From IMG/VR virus record IMGVR_UViG_3300028591_000084: a stretch of DNA of 64,000 nucleotides, one strand, 5' to 3'. The DNA comes from a virus (lineage: Duplodnaviria > Caudoviricetes). The notes beneath the pieces were generated by a model. It was given only the letters and a program-made list of their open reading frames with translations, was not told the DNA's origin and searched no databases. Positions within the stretch are counted from its first letter, which is position 1. The number at the start of each line of letters is the position of its first letter. Of the stretch, positions 49,097 through 58,355 are shown piece after piece. A program made the position numbers and the translations under genes.

Positions 49097-50488
49097 TTAT
49101 TTGATTATTCTGATTATTTTGATAGAAGGCTTGTTGTTGAGAGTACAATCTTTGACTTCAAACCAGTTTCTAATATCAGAGCTTTGTGGATTTCTGATAT
49201 ATCCCATTTGTTTGTATATGGTTCTAAGTTTTTTCTCTAGATCTTTCTTAATTATTTTAGTTCCAGGCGAAAATAGTGGCCAAATTAAATGGCCCATCAT
49301 TTCTTTTATTCCTATACCATTAATCCATTCGATTCGATACACATTGTTTAACTTTCTATCTTTTGTTCTCACTATTTTTATATTATACTCTTCAAAATCC
49401 ACTAATTGATCTATTCCGGTATAGTAATTTAGGGATCTAAAGGCGTTATTAGCCCTGTCTATAAGATCTATCCTACTCATTGAATCTCCTGGTTTTAAGA
49501 ATTTTTTAAGTTTTTCTTCCAGGCATTTTCTTTGCTGTTCTTTTATGGTTCCAGGTATAGCCTCATCTCTTATACCCAGGATCTTTATACACAGTACCGG
49601 TCTTTTATTATTTAGTGTTTTTCTTTTTATTTTTTCCAAGATGAAGTATTTATCTAGCTCTCCTAATCTTGGTTTTTGTGGATAATCAACTTCTGAGTAG
49701 ATATTGGCTAAGATATTAAAAATTGTAGTTTGTGGAATACAGTCATTAATTTTCAATCTCAGAATTAGTTTCTCTCTTATTAAGTTGAAATCGTTAAATA
49801 CTTCTAGTCTATAGTTTTTATAGAGTATTCTAATATTATAATCTTTTTTTATAATTTCTTCTGTGTTATAATATTGGAGGACATCTTTATATCTTTTATC
49901 AGTTATATGTGTAATTAGATCTAGTATTTCCTTATCATCTTTATATTTCACTGCATATCTTAAGATCGTTGTGAAGTCATAGGATGAAATTTTACTTATT
50001 TTTTCATATACTTTTTTAATTTTCCCACCAGGTAACTTCCCTCCGTATTGGTCAAGGAAGTAGATTATATTATCAGCTTCATTAGGAAACAGAACTTTTA
50101 TTAATTTTTTATAATTTTCTTCTGTTTGCTGAATATTATAGTAGAGGATCCTTCCATATATCTCCTCTTCTGTCATTCTGTCCCTAAATGCGATCTTAAT
50201 AGCATTCATAATAGGCTCTGGATTATAGGACGTATCAGAAGTTTTAATATCAGGCAGATTACTACAATCTGTTTTTAGAAATTTTTCAACTTCATTCGGC
50301 CCTATAAATCCATCCCCTGTTCTGCTGAAGAGAATATTTATTTTATCGTAAGTGTCATCAGGCAAATCATATTCTTTCCAAATAATCTCTAGATTTGGAT
50401 TAAATTTTGTGATTAGTCTGAGTTCTCTTTCATCCTTAAGTTTTTCAAGCAAAAAACTTGAATCACTAAGTTTTCCAAGTACTATCAT
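49097..50488 (-). CDS. protein with three copies of the helicase C-terminal domain
   Basis: Last repeat FSPGTKIIKKDLEKKLRTIY...SDIRNWFEVKDC aligns with the helicase C-termini. Confidence 0.65.
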   Translation of the reverse strand: MIVLGKLSDSSFLLEKLKDERELRLITKFNPNLEIIWKEYDLPDDTYDKINILFSRTGDGFIGPNEVEKFLKTDCSNLPDIKTSDTSYNPEPIMNAIKIAFRDRMTEEEIYGRILYYNIQQTEENYKKLIKVLFPNEADNIIYFLDQYGGKLPGGKIKKVYEKISKISSYDFTTILRYAVKYKDDKEILDLITHITDKRYKDVLQYYNTEEIIKKDYNIRILYKNYRLEVFNDFNLIREKLILRLKINDCIPQTTIFNILANIYSEVDYPQKPRLGELDKYFILEKIKRKTLNNKRPVLCIKILGIRDEAIPGTIKEQQRKCLEEKLKKFLKPGDSMSRIDLIDRANNAFRSLNYYTGIDQLVDFEEYNIKIVRTKDRKLNNVYRIEWINGIGIKEMMGHLIWPLFSPGTKIIKKDLEKKLRTIYKQMGYIRNPQSSDIRNWFEVKDCTLNNKPSIKIIRIIK

Positions 50489-50840
50489 TAATAAATTTGA
50501 TTACATCTTTCAGATTTAGGTTTCTAGTACCCATCTTTCTTAGAATGAGAGCTCCTATTGATTTATAAGCTTGCTCCAATCTAAAATCATCTCTAATATT
50601 AATAAAGTCCTTAAGTTCTTTCTTTACTTTCTTTATAATTTTTAAGTCAGAATCTTCAAGACTTTCAGTATTTGATAAAACTGTAAATCCACAATCTTCA
50701 CATTTAAATATTGCGGTTTTAAAGGGTCCGACATCTTCAATAAAATGTGGAATATCATTGGAGTCTCTTTCTATAATTTTTAAGATTCCAGTTTTTCCAC
50801 AAACAGGACATTTTATTATTTCAACTTCGTATTCTTTCAT
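50466..50840 (-). CDS. zinc-ribbon protein
   Basis: CPVCG...CEDCG. Confidence 0.65.
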   Translation of the reverse strand: MKEYEVEIIKCPVCGKTGILKIIERDSNDIPHFIEDVGPFKTAIFKCEDCGFTVLSNTESLEDSDLKIIKKVKKELKDFINIRDDFRLEQAYKSIGALILRKMGTRNLNLKDVIKFINDSTWKT

Positions 50841-51907
50841 TTGTTTTTAGCTATTATAGCATCAGGACTAAGAATAATTGTTTCTACTTCACCAATAAAT
50901 TCTTTTAGGGTTTTCTTTCCAGTATAAGACATAGCAGACTTAAGATAGTCAGTCATATTAGTAGTCCAACTTTCAAGAGTGTATTCAACATTAAGAAATA
51001 CTCTTATTCCTTCTGCAGTTTTTGTCTTAACTCCAAACAAAGCAGTTTGACCTTCTCTACTAGCCATTCCATAGAATGTTGCAGTAATATCACCCAAGAA
51101 TATCTTTTTATTATTAAAGGTGCCGTACCAAGCCTTCCCCTCTCTGTGAATATCTGTAAGGTCTGATAACTCAGTTTCTATTGGTAGAGAAAACCATTCA
51201 TCACTATTACACGTTTTTGGCGCAGCAGATTCAAGCGCCTTAGCAAACACACTGCCAATCATAACGTAATCAGCACCAAGGGCCAAGGCTTTAATAACAT
51301 CTGCATAACCTCTAACTCCTCCATCAGCAATAATCTTAGTATTACCTTTGATTGATTTCTTAATCTCGGCTGTCTCTTTAATTAGAGATCCCATAGCATA
51401 GTGAACTCCCAGATTACTACTACTAATACACCCTCTTCCTGAGCCTATTCCAAGTCGAATATAATCAACTCCGGCTTCATTAGCAATTCGATAGGTTTCA
51501 GGATTAGCAATATTACCAGCCATTATAATAAGTTCGGGACAAATTTCTTTTGCTTTTTTGATATAGTCGTATAGAATTTTCATATGTCCGTTAGCAATAT
51601 CAATCAGAACCTTACCCTTCCTCGGTTTAAAGTCTTTAAATTCCTCCAAAGATAAAGCAATCCAGGTTCCCTTATCGAACTGTCTCATTCTAAGTTCAAG
51701 TGCATAGGTTCTAGGAATGATTGGAATAATCCCAACTTTCTTATATTCCTCAATATTCTTCAAGCCAACAACAGTATCCATTGGGGCTGTAAAGATAGGT
51801 AAGGATCCTTCTTCAGTTAAGACACTACAATCACTTCTATGCTCTATCTCACTGATGATTGCAGGTACAATAGAGACATCATTGTATGAAAACTTAATAT
51901 TACCCAT
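50837..51907 (-). CDS. guaC: GMP reductase / IMPDH family
   Basis: APMDTV, DIANGH, GIGSGRGC, IADGG, FYGMAS, SAMSY; no CBS domains. Confidence 0.8.
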   Translation of the reverse strand: MGNIKFSYNDVSIVPAIISEIEHRSDCSVLTEEGSLPIFTAPMDTVVGLKNIEEYKKVGIIPIIPRTYALELRMRQFDKGTWIALSLEEFKDFKPRKGKVLIDIANGHMKILYDYIKKAKEICPELIIMAGNIANPETYRIANEAGVDYIRLGIGSGRGCISSSNLGVHYAMGSLIKETAEIKKSIKGNTKIIADGGVRGYADVIKALALGADYVMIGSVFAKALESAAPKTCNSDEWFSLPIETELSDLTDIHREGKAWYGTFNNKKIFLGDITATFYGMASREGQTALFGVKTKTAEGIRVFLNVEYTLESWTTNMTDYLKSAMSYTGKKTLKEFIGEVETIILSPDAIIAKNK

Positions 51908-51984
51908 AAAATAGTAGTTTATATTCAACTTTAAGGGTAGGGAGGGAGGATAGAGGCATTTTTTATTGAAGTGGACTCTGTATT

Positions 51985-52500
51985 AAAAAAAAGAGAGAGA
52001 CTATCCATCACGAACAATCTCTCTTTAAAAAGGAAAACATTTAATAAGAGGTCCATAATTGATTTTTCTCTCGCATATAAGGTTTTGATGGGAAAATAAA
52101 AAAAGAGAGACCATTTATAATAAATAGCCTCCCTCTTGACAAAATCAGGACTTGGTTCTCAAGCCATAATTAAGGTATTGGGTTGAGTGTAAATAAAAAA
52201 AAGAGACTATTCATCACGAACAATCTCTTTGTGAAACCAATTAAATCTTTGCCAATCCAATGTAAAAGGTCAATTGACATTTAGTCATATATAAGGTTTT
52301 GATGGGAAAATAAAAAAGAGAGAGACTATCCATCTCGGACTATCTCTCTACAAAATAATAAATATGTCAATAAATCATATATAAGGTTTTGATGGGAAAA
52401 TAAAAAAGAGAGACTATCCATCTCGGACTATCTCTCTTAGCGAAAAAAAAATAAAATATGGAAAAAAATTATCTACAATTTCAATTTTAAGGTATTGAGG
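51985..52500 (-). repeat. array of five promoter-variable segment-hairpin terminator units (putative small RNAs)
   Basis: Repeated CCCATCAAAACCTTATATATG or CAATACCTTAA promoters and GAGAT.GT.CG.GATG.ATAGTCTC hairpins with T tracts; no ORFs. Confidence 0.8.
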
Positions 52501-52572
52501 TGATATGAGGAGTAAAATTTACTTTCCTAAGACTCTTAATTCTTTATTACTAGATAAAATGCTTAAATTAAT

Positions 52573-54432
52573 ATGGTTAACGAAAGTAGTAATTATTTTG
52601 ACTTAGTATTAGCTATGTTTAACCAATACCTCTTTCAGGAGTGTAAGTCTAACATTGATGACATTATGTATGCTTATCAGGTTACTCCCTCGACAAGTGA
52701 TAATGCCTTCGTGGAACAATTGCTTAGTGCAATTAAGAATTACAGCCTAGATAGTATTGGTTATCCCTTGTTTCAGAGTATTTTTAGTAGGACCGGTAAG
52801 ACGCAGGCCGAATCAACTGAAATACTAAATAAGATTGTTGAATATAAAAAATACACTAAGGATCAGATTGCACCGTTCCGAACTTTGATTCGTGATATTG
52901 TAGCTCATTCTTATATTATTCGAGCTAATAATCTATATGGTGATAGTCCTAGTGAATTTATTAGTTATCTCAAGAATACTACATTTAAGTCGTCTGAAGA
53001 GGACTATTTTGTGACGACGAAATTTAAGGATCTTGATATTAACACTATAATAGCAGAAAGAGCTGACGGTGGCATCCCCAGTGCTTTTAACTGGATTAAT
53101 CAAACTTTTAGACCAGAATGTTGTTATCCTACCTCTGGTTTGATGTGTATTGCTATGCCACCAGGATGTATGTCGGGAGATACTGAGGTATTCCTAGCAG
53201 ACGGGACTGTAGATACTTTAGAGAATCTATATAAGAAGAAGGTTGAAGGTATTACAGTTTATTCTTGTGATGGAGAAACATCAAAAGTCTCCGTTGCTGA
53301 AAATTGTCAGATTTCTAAGTATGTGAGTGAGTGGTATGTTGTGGAGGTTGATGGTAAAAGAGAATATAGAGTAACTGAAAATCACCCACTATTATTAATG
53401 GGTGGGGAATGGAAAAGAGCTGATAAGTTAAAGATTGGTGATACTTTAATGTCATTCAATATTAAGTCAGCAGATAAAACAACTCACACAATCACTAATG
53501 TTTATCTTGAAAAATTAGATACTCCTCATCCAGTATATGATCTAGTAAATGTAGCTCTTTATCATAATTATGCAGTTAAGTTTGATGATGAGTCTGGATT
53601 CTTCAGTCATAATACAGGTAAGACTCTGTTTTGTATGCAGGAGTGTTTAAATATGTGTTTGATGGGTAAAAAGTGTCATTATCTCTGTATGGGTGATATG
53701 ACAGAAGAGGATTTTATTATTAGAATGTCGGCTCAGTATTTAGGGATCCCATTTTATGAGGTTAAACGTAATATCCTTCAGTGTTACAATGAGTTAGCGA
53801 AAGCGATAGGTGATAATTTGTCTATTTCCTGTATTCCTGCCTCAGCAATGACGGTAGATGACTATGTTGAAGAGATGAAGAATAAGCCTTATGATGTTTT
53901 GTTTATTGATTATGATAGTCAATTTAAATCAAATGTGGCTACAGAATCTATGTACTTAACTTATGGCGATATCTATGCCAAGCTATCAGAACTGACAGTT
54001 TCATATAAAAAGCTTGTTTTCATCCTAGCCCAACCAATGAAAGCTGCTTGGAGTTTACCCGTTATCGAGATGGATCAAGTTGGTGAATCTGCCCGAAAGA
54101 TTCATACCGTCGATTGGTGCTTAACTAGGGCTAGACTTCCAGAGAATCTCAATGGTTTAGGAACTAGTAAAATTGTTAAGTCTAGACGAGGTGAGGAACA
54201 AGTTATAGATTATAATATCCGTTTATCTAATGGCAGATTTAAGTCAGTTCCAAAGAGCGTGTTTGAGAAATTGGCTGAGATAAAGGATAAGCAAGAGTTT
54301 AAGGAGGCTGAGATTGATCATTTTATTGAGTCTTATTATAGAATCAATAAGGAAATTCAGTCAGATATTAAAAAGAAAACAACAGCACCAGGGTCAAGTT
54401 CTGGAAAGGATGCTTTGCCTTGGGAAAATTAA
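52573..54432 (+). CDS. dnaB: DnaB-like replicative helicase containing an intein
   Basis: P-loop MPPG|TGKT split by the intein; LFIDY, ILAQP, KSRRG. Confidence 0.85.
   Translation: MVNESSNYFDLVLAMFNQYLFQECKSNIDDIMYAYQVTPSTSDNAFVEQLLSAIKNYSLDSIGYPLFQSIFSRTGKTQAESTEILNKIVEYKKYTKDQIAPFRTLIRDIVAHSYIIRANNLYGDSPSEFISYLKNTTFKSSEEDYFVTTKFKDLDINTIIAERADGGIPSAFNWINQTFRPECCYPTSGLMCIAMPPGCMSGDTEVFLADGTVDTLENLYKKKVEGITVYSCDGETSKVSVAENCQISKYVSEWYVVEVDGKREYRVTENHPLLLMGGEWKRADKLKIGDTLMSFNIKSADKTTHTITNVYLEKLDTPHPVYDLVNVALYHNYAVKFDDESGFFSHNTGKTLFCMQECLNMCLMGKKCHYLCMGDMTEEDFIIRMSAQYLGIPFYEVKRNILQCYNELAKAIGDNLSISCIPASAMTVDDYVEEMKNKPYDVLFIDYDSQFKSNVATESMYLTYGDIYAKLSELTVSYKKLVFILAQPMKAAWSLPVIEMDQVGESARKIHTVDWCLTRARLPENLNGLGTSKIVKSRRGEEQVIDYNIRLSNGRFKSVPKSVFEKLAEIKDKQEFKEAEIDHFIESYYRINKEIQSDIKKKTTAPGSSSGKDALPWEN
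53167..53613 (+). mobile_element. mini-intein (149 aa) in the DnaB Walker A motif
   Basis: CMSGDT start, VTENHP block B, VYDL...HNY, terminal SHN then +1 Thr; no endonuclease domain. Confidence 0.92.
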
Positions 54433-54435
54433 AGT

Positions 54436-55251
54436 ATGAATAAGGAAATTAACTTAATAATAACTCTTGAAAAGATTAAATTGATCTCTGTTAATGCTCT
54501 TTATAATGCAGGGTTAACATATAAAGGGGTTAAACCAGTACCTTATATCTATAAAACCCCATTAGCTAAGAGGTTTGAAGCTATTATGGATGAGCAATTA
54601 AGGGCTATTAATTGGGAGGAGCATATTGGTTGGATTTCGGAAACAAAACAATTCACTATGACTCAGCAATATATCTTCAAGAGTGGTATAAAGCGCAGAG
54701 ACGTAGGAAATGTTGAGAAGCTAAGTACGGATTGTTTAGTTCGGTTTATAAGAAATGAGCTTGGGGTTTTAACTTTTGATGATGCCTTAATTTCAGATGC
54801 TCACCTTTATAAATCAATTATTCCAGGATCTCAAAATGAGTATCTCTGTATTAAGCTTACACCTTCTGATTTTAATATGAGATTTGATCAGATAGATAAG
54901 CCTGAGCAGATTCTAATTCATACTTCTGGCGATACTTCTTGGGAGAATAAAGATTTTAAGAAGGCATTTAAAGATTTAGGTCTTAAGTATCAATTATCAA
55001 CGACAGATAAGAAAATAAAAGATCATAATACTGATGTTTATTTTCTTAACTCTTCTAGTGAAAATTTTACTGAGGATCTTATTGACGTTATGGACTTTTT
55101 ATATTCCCATAAAGATTCTGGTTTCTGTTATGTTGGTATTTTTGGGGATCCTAAACCAGAAATAGTAAAGAAACTTAATGATTTAGGGGGTAGTAATATA
55201 AAAGCCGGCCCTATTAAAGATTATATTGATATTATAAACTTTTTCAAATAA
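54436..55251 (+). CDS. RusA-like Holliday junction resolvase with C-terminal extension
   Basis: SVNALY, RRDVGNVEKLSTD, FDDALI. Confidence 0.7.
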   Translation: MNKEINLIITLEKIKLISVNALYNAGLTYKGVKPVPYIYKTPLAKRFEAIMDEQLRAINWEEHIGWISETKQFTMTQQYIFKSGIKRRDVGNVEKLSTDCLVRFIRNELGVLTFDDALISDAHLYKSIIPGSQNEYLCIKLTPSDFNMRFDQIDKPEQILIHTSGDTSWENKDFKKAFKDLGLKYQLSTTDKKIKDHNTDVYFLNSSSENFTEDLIDVMDFLYSHKDSGFCYVGIFGDPKPEIVKKLNDLGGSNIKAGPIKDYIDIINFFK

Positions 55252-55640
55252 TGAATACTAATGAGTTTAGAGTAATTATTTCTGGTGCTAAGGAATTTGA
55301 TGATTATGAGTTATTGAAAGAGAAGTGTGACTATTACCTATCAAGAAAAGCTGCAGACCCAACCTGTAAGATTATTATAATGTGCGGTCATGAGCCTGGA
55401 GCTGAAGTTCTTGGTGAGCGGTATGCCTTAGAGAAAAAGTACGAATTAGACCTATTCATTCCTAATCGGGGAAAGAATGGTAAATCAGCAGTATTTATTC
55501 GAAATAAACAGATGGCAAAAGTTGCTAATTGTGCTATTATATTTAAGAGTGCTTACGGTAATAATTTCCCAGCTGAGGCTTTAGAGAAGTGTGTCAGATG
55601 GTTTCACTTATTAGTTAGAGTAGTTGAAGAAGAAGCATAA
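55251..55640 (+). CDS. SLOG family (DUF2493/YspA-like) protein
   Basis: RVIISG..F.DY, GAEVLGERYA, IRNKQMA. Confidence 0.75.
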   Translation: MNTNEFRVIISGAKEFDDYELLKEKCDYYLSRKAADPTCKIIIMCGHEPGAEVLGERYALEKKYELDLFIPNRGKNGKSAVFIRNKQMAKVANCAIIFKSAYGNNFPAEALEKCVRWFHLLVRVVEEEA

Positions 55641-55643
55641 TTT

Positions 55644-55922
55644 ATGGAGATAGGATATTTTAGAAAAGAAGTAGAGTCTGCTGTTAAGAGTTTAGGAATG
55701 AGAGATAATCTATTACTAGATATCTTAAAAAATTTGCTAATTAAGGCAGGAGGTGAAATTAGATTATCAGAAGAGGCTGGAGGCCCTTATGCCTTCACAT
55801 TAACTTATCTGGATGGTAATCTTATTTATAAAGCAGGAGGAACTGAAAGAATAGTTGATGAGGGTTATGCAAGACCTATCATCAGCATTATTGGAACTTT
55901 TAAAGATGATATAACAATATGA
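55644..55922 (+). CDS. hypothetical protein
   Basis: 92 aa ORF. Confidence 0.6.
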   Translation: MEIGYFRKEVESAVKSLGMRDNLLLDILKNLLIKAGGEIRLSEEAGGPYAFTLTYLDGNLIYKAGGTERIVDEGYARPIISIIGTFKDDITI

Positions 55923-56635
55923 TTAAGTGTTGTGCAATTAGTGATTTGCATGGGAGATTTCCAAGATTAAGTAAGGATCTTGATTATCTCTTTATTGCTG
56001 GTGATTTTATTGATATTAGTGTTCAGCATGATGACAAGGCCTCTCTAAACTGGGCTAAAAAGTATTTTATGCCTTGGCTCAATGGTTTAGGTGTGAGAAA
56101 GAGAATTATTCTAGTGGCGGGAAATCATGATTTTTATCCTTATCGTTGCTCAGCTGAATTTAGAAAAGAAGTTATTAGGCCGTATAATAAGCTTGTAACC
56201 TATTTGGACAATGAACAATATAAAGATGAGCATGTAAATGTTGTTGGCGTTCCTTGGTGTAAGCCTTTTTATAATTGGGCTTATATGAAACCACTTGAAA
56301 AGATCAAAGGGGATTTAGATGCTTTGTTTCCTGATAATATTTTTGAAGGAGATCAATATTCCATTCTCTTATCTCATGACGCCCCTTATGGTGTTAGTGA
56401 TGTTCTTGATCCTACTCAAGCCCATATTTCCTACGTACCAGGAACTCATATTGGAAATACAGTCCTTGCTGAATTTATTGAAAGAACAAAACCCAATTTG
56501 AATTTACATGGGCATCTTCACTCAACAAATCATGAGGCTGAATTTTTAGGTCAGACGGAGGTTAGGAATGTTAGTATCTTAGATGAAAAATATAAAGAGA
56601 CTTATCCATCACACTATTTTGAAGTAAATGGATAA
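55919..56635 (+). CDS. calcineurin-like metallophosphoesterase
   Basis: SDLHG, AGD, GNHD, SHDAP, HGHLH. Confidence 0.9.
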   Translation: MIKCCAISDLHGRFPRLSKDLDYLFIAGDFIDISVQHDDKASLNWAKKYFMPWLNGLGVRKRIILVAGNHDFYPYRCSAEFRKEVIRPYNKLVTYLDNEQYKDEHVNVVGVPWCKPFYNWAYMKPLEKIKGDLDALFPDNIFEGDQYSILLSHDAPYGVSDVLDPTQAHISYVPGTHIGNTVLAEFIERTKPNLNLHGHLHSTNHEAEFLGQTEVRNVSILDEKYKETYPSHYFEVNG

Positions 56636-57221
56636 AAATAGTGTTGTAGAGTTTAAGTGTCTTGGAGAATATAAGGATCTAGAAGAGATAATAAAATTAT
56701 CTCAAGGTAAACTAGTTCTTCCATCTCTCACGGAAGTCACGGCTCTTTTTTTGAATCATTTCTTTAGTGTATATGGTCCAGTTAATATAAAAGAAGATAG
56801 AGGTATTCCATTTATTGGTTTCAGTTATTCTGGTCAAAATGCTAGTAATATCCTTACAGATATAAAAATATTGTTTGATAATTATCTATCTAAAGTATTT
56901 TATATCTATACTGCAACTAGAGTTACGGATTTTCAAAAACATTATTTTGTGACTAATGACATCTTAGGGGACGCTTTTCCGAATCGTTATAGATTAATAG
57001 GATCTATCCCCGATTATGATGGAAGAACTGAGTGGCCAGATTTTAAATCTTGCTGGTCAGACATTTTAACGATACCTTTCATATCCTATACGTCTAATTG
57101 GTCTTTACTTAAAGATTACAATCTTGCTTTAAAATATGGTAAACAAGATTTAATTAATGATTTTTTTGATCAGATGTATATTGAGGCTAATATAATCTGT
57201 TACGATCTTAGGTGGGGATGA
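56628..57221 (+). CDS. hypothetical protein
   Basis: 197 aa ORF. Confidence 0.6.
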   Translation: MDKNSVVEFKCLGEYKDLEEIIKLSQGKLVLPSLTEVTALFLNHFFSVYGPVNIKEDRGIPFIGFSYSGQNASNILTDIKILFDNYLSKVFYIYTATRVTDFQKHYFVTNDILGDAFPNRYRLIGSIPDYDGRTEWPDFKSCWSDILTIPFISYTSNWSLLKDYNLALKYGKQDLINDFFDQMYIEANIICYDLRWG

Positions 57222-57254
57222 ATTCCCTGCCTTTCTTTTCCTTATTGTTGAGAT

Positions 57255-58355
57255 ATGAAAAGAATAAAATTTGATATTCGATTGAATATGCCTGAAACTA
57301 ACAGTAGTTCATCACATGCTGTTGTGATTGATAGGCTAAGTAATGAAGTGTCTGCCCCAGGATCCCCATACTGGGATTTACCTATTAGTGAAGATGGTTG
57401 TCTTCACGTACCCTCTTCAATTTCTAATTTTGGTCAGAGATTTGATATAATTAACAGTGTAAAAAGTAAAGTGCACTATGCAATGGGCCAAGCATTATCA
57501 CAAGACTATCAGACTGTATTTAACTGTCTGGATAAGATTAAAGTCTTGAAAGAGGTACTAATTGAGGTAAGTGGGGCTAAGGACGTTATTTTTGATGCTT
57601 TCCCAGAGTACTTTAATAAGCTAAAGGAGATTCATGATCTAAAAGATTGGGAAGAATTAGTTTATTACTATGATTATGATTGTATTTTTGGATTACCAAC
57701 AATAGATCATGACTCTAAGGACAAGTATCCAGAAATATTTAATTCCAAGGAAACTCTTAGACAGTTTTTGTTTAATCCAAGATCGATGGTATTTATTGGA
57801 GGAGACTGTGAGAAGGAGACCAGGGAGGATTATTATAAAGTCTTAGAGGGCTCTGGACTAATACCGCCTAATGAAAATCCAAAAGCTATACTTCAGATAA
57901 TGTTCCCAGAGCCAATAGGGAGAATAGATTTTGAGCTAGATCGATATCCCTTGGAAAGTACTACTACTGAGGTCAATAAGATATTAGGGTTATTGTACTA
58001 TGATATCCAAGAGAAGAGATTCGTTCAGGATTTTGAATGGGATACATTTAATGCAAATAGGTATGCTAAGTACGTAGATGATGTCTCTATTGATGTAAAA
58101 TATTTACCCAAACTTAAGGAACATTTTGGGAAATCATTTTTATTAGTAGATGGTTATACTTGGATAACAACAAGGCTAAATGATGATTTGCTGAAGCTTT
58201 ATTTAAATAGTATAACTAAAAATAGTGGTGATAATGATACAGGATATCTTAATTCTCTTATTCAACTTTTAGAAGAAAATAAGGAATCCTGGTATTGTCT
58301 GAAGAGTAAAATAATATCGGAGGAATTCGGCGAAATTAGCGGACAAGATGAGTAG
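57255..58355 (+). CDS. ETNSSSSH-motif protein
   Basis: IRLNMPETNSSSSHA N-terminus, IDHDS. Confidence 0.7.
   Translation: MKRIKFDIRLNMPETNSSSSHAVVIDRLSNEVSAPGSPYWDLPISEDGCLHVPSSISNFGQRFDIINSVKSKVHYAMGQALSQDYQTVFNCLDKIKVLKEVLIEVSGAKDVIFDAFPEYFNKLKEIHDLKDWEELVYYYDYDCIFGLPTIDHDSKDKYPEIFNSKETLRQFLFNPRSMVFIGGDCEKETREDYYKVLEGSGLIPPNENPKAILQIMFPEPIGRIDFELDRYPLESTTTEVNKILGLLYYDIQEKRFVQDFEWDTFNANRYAKYVDDVSIDVKYLPKLKEHFGKSFLLVDGYTWITTRLNDDLLKLYLNSITKNSGDNDTGYLNSLIQLLEENKESWYCLKSKIISEEFGEISGQDE

Noticed and set aside
51985-52500. CRISPR array
   Set aside because: Repeats are composite promoter plus terminator sequences of variable length and sequence, spacers range 25-55 nt, and there are no cas genes in the window.
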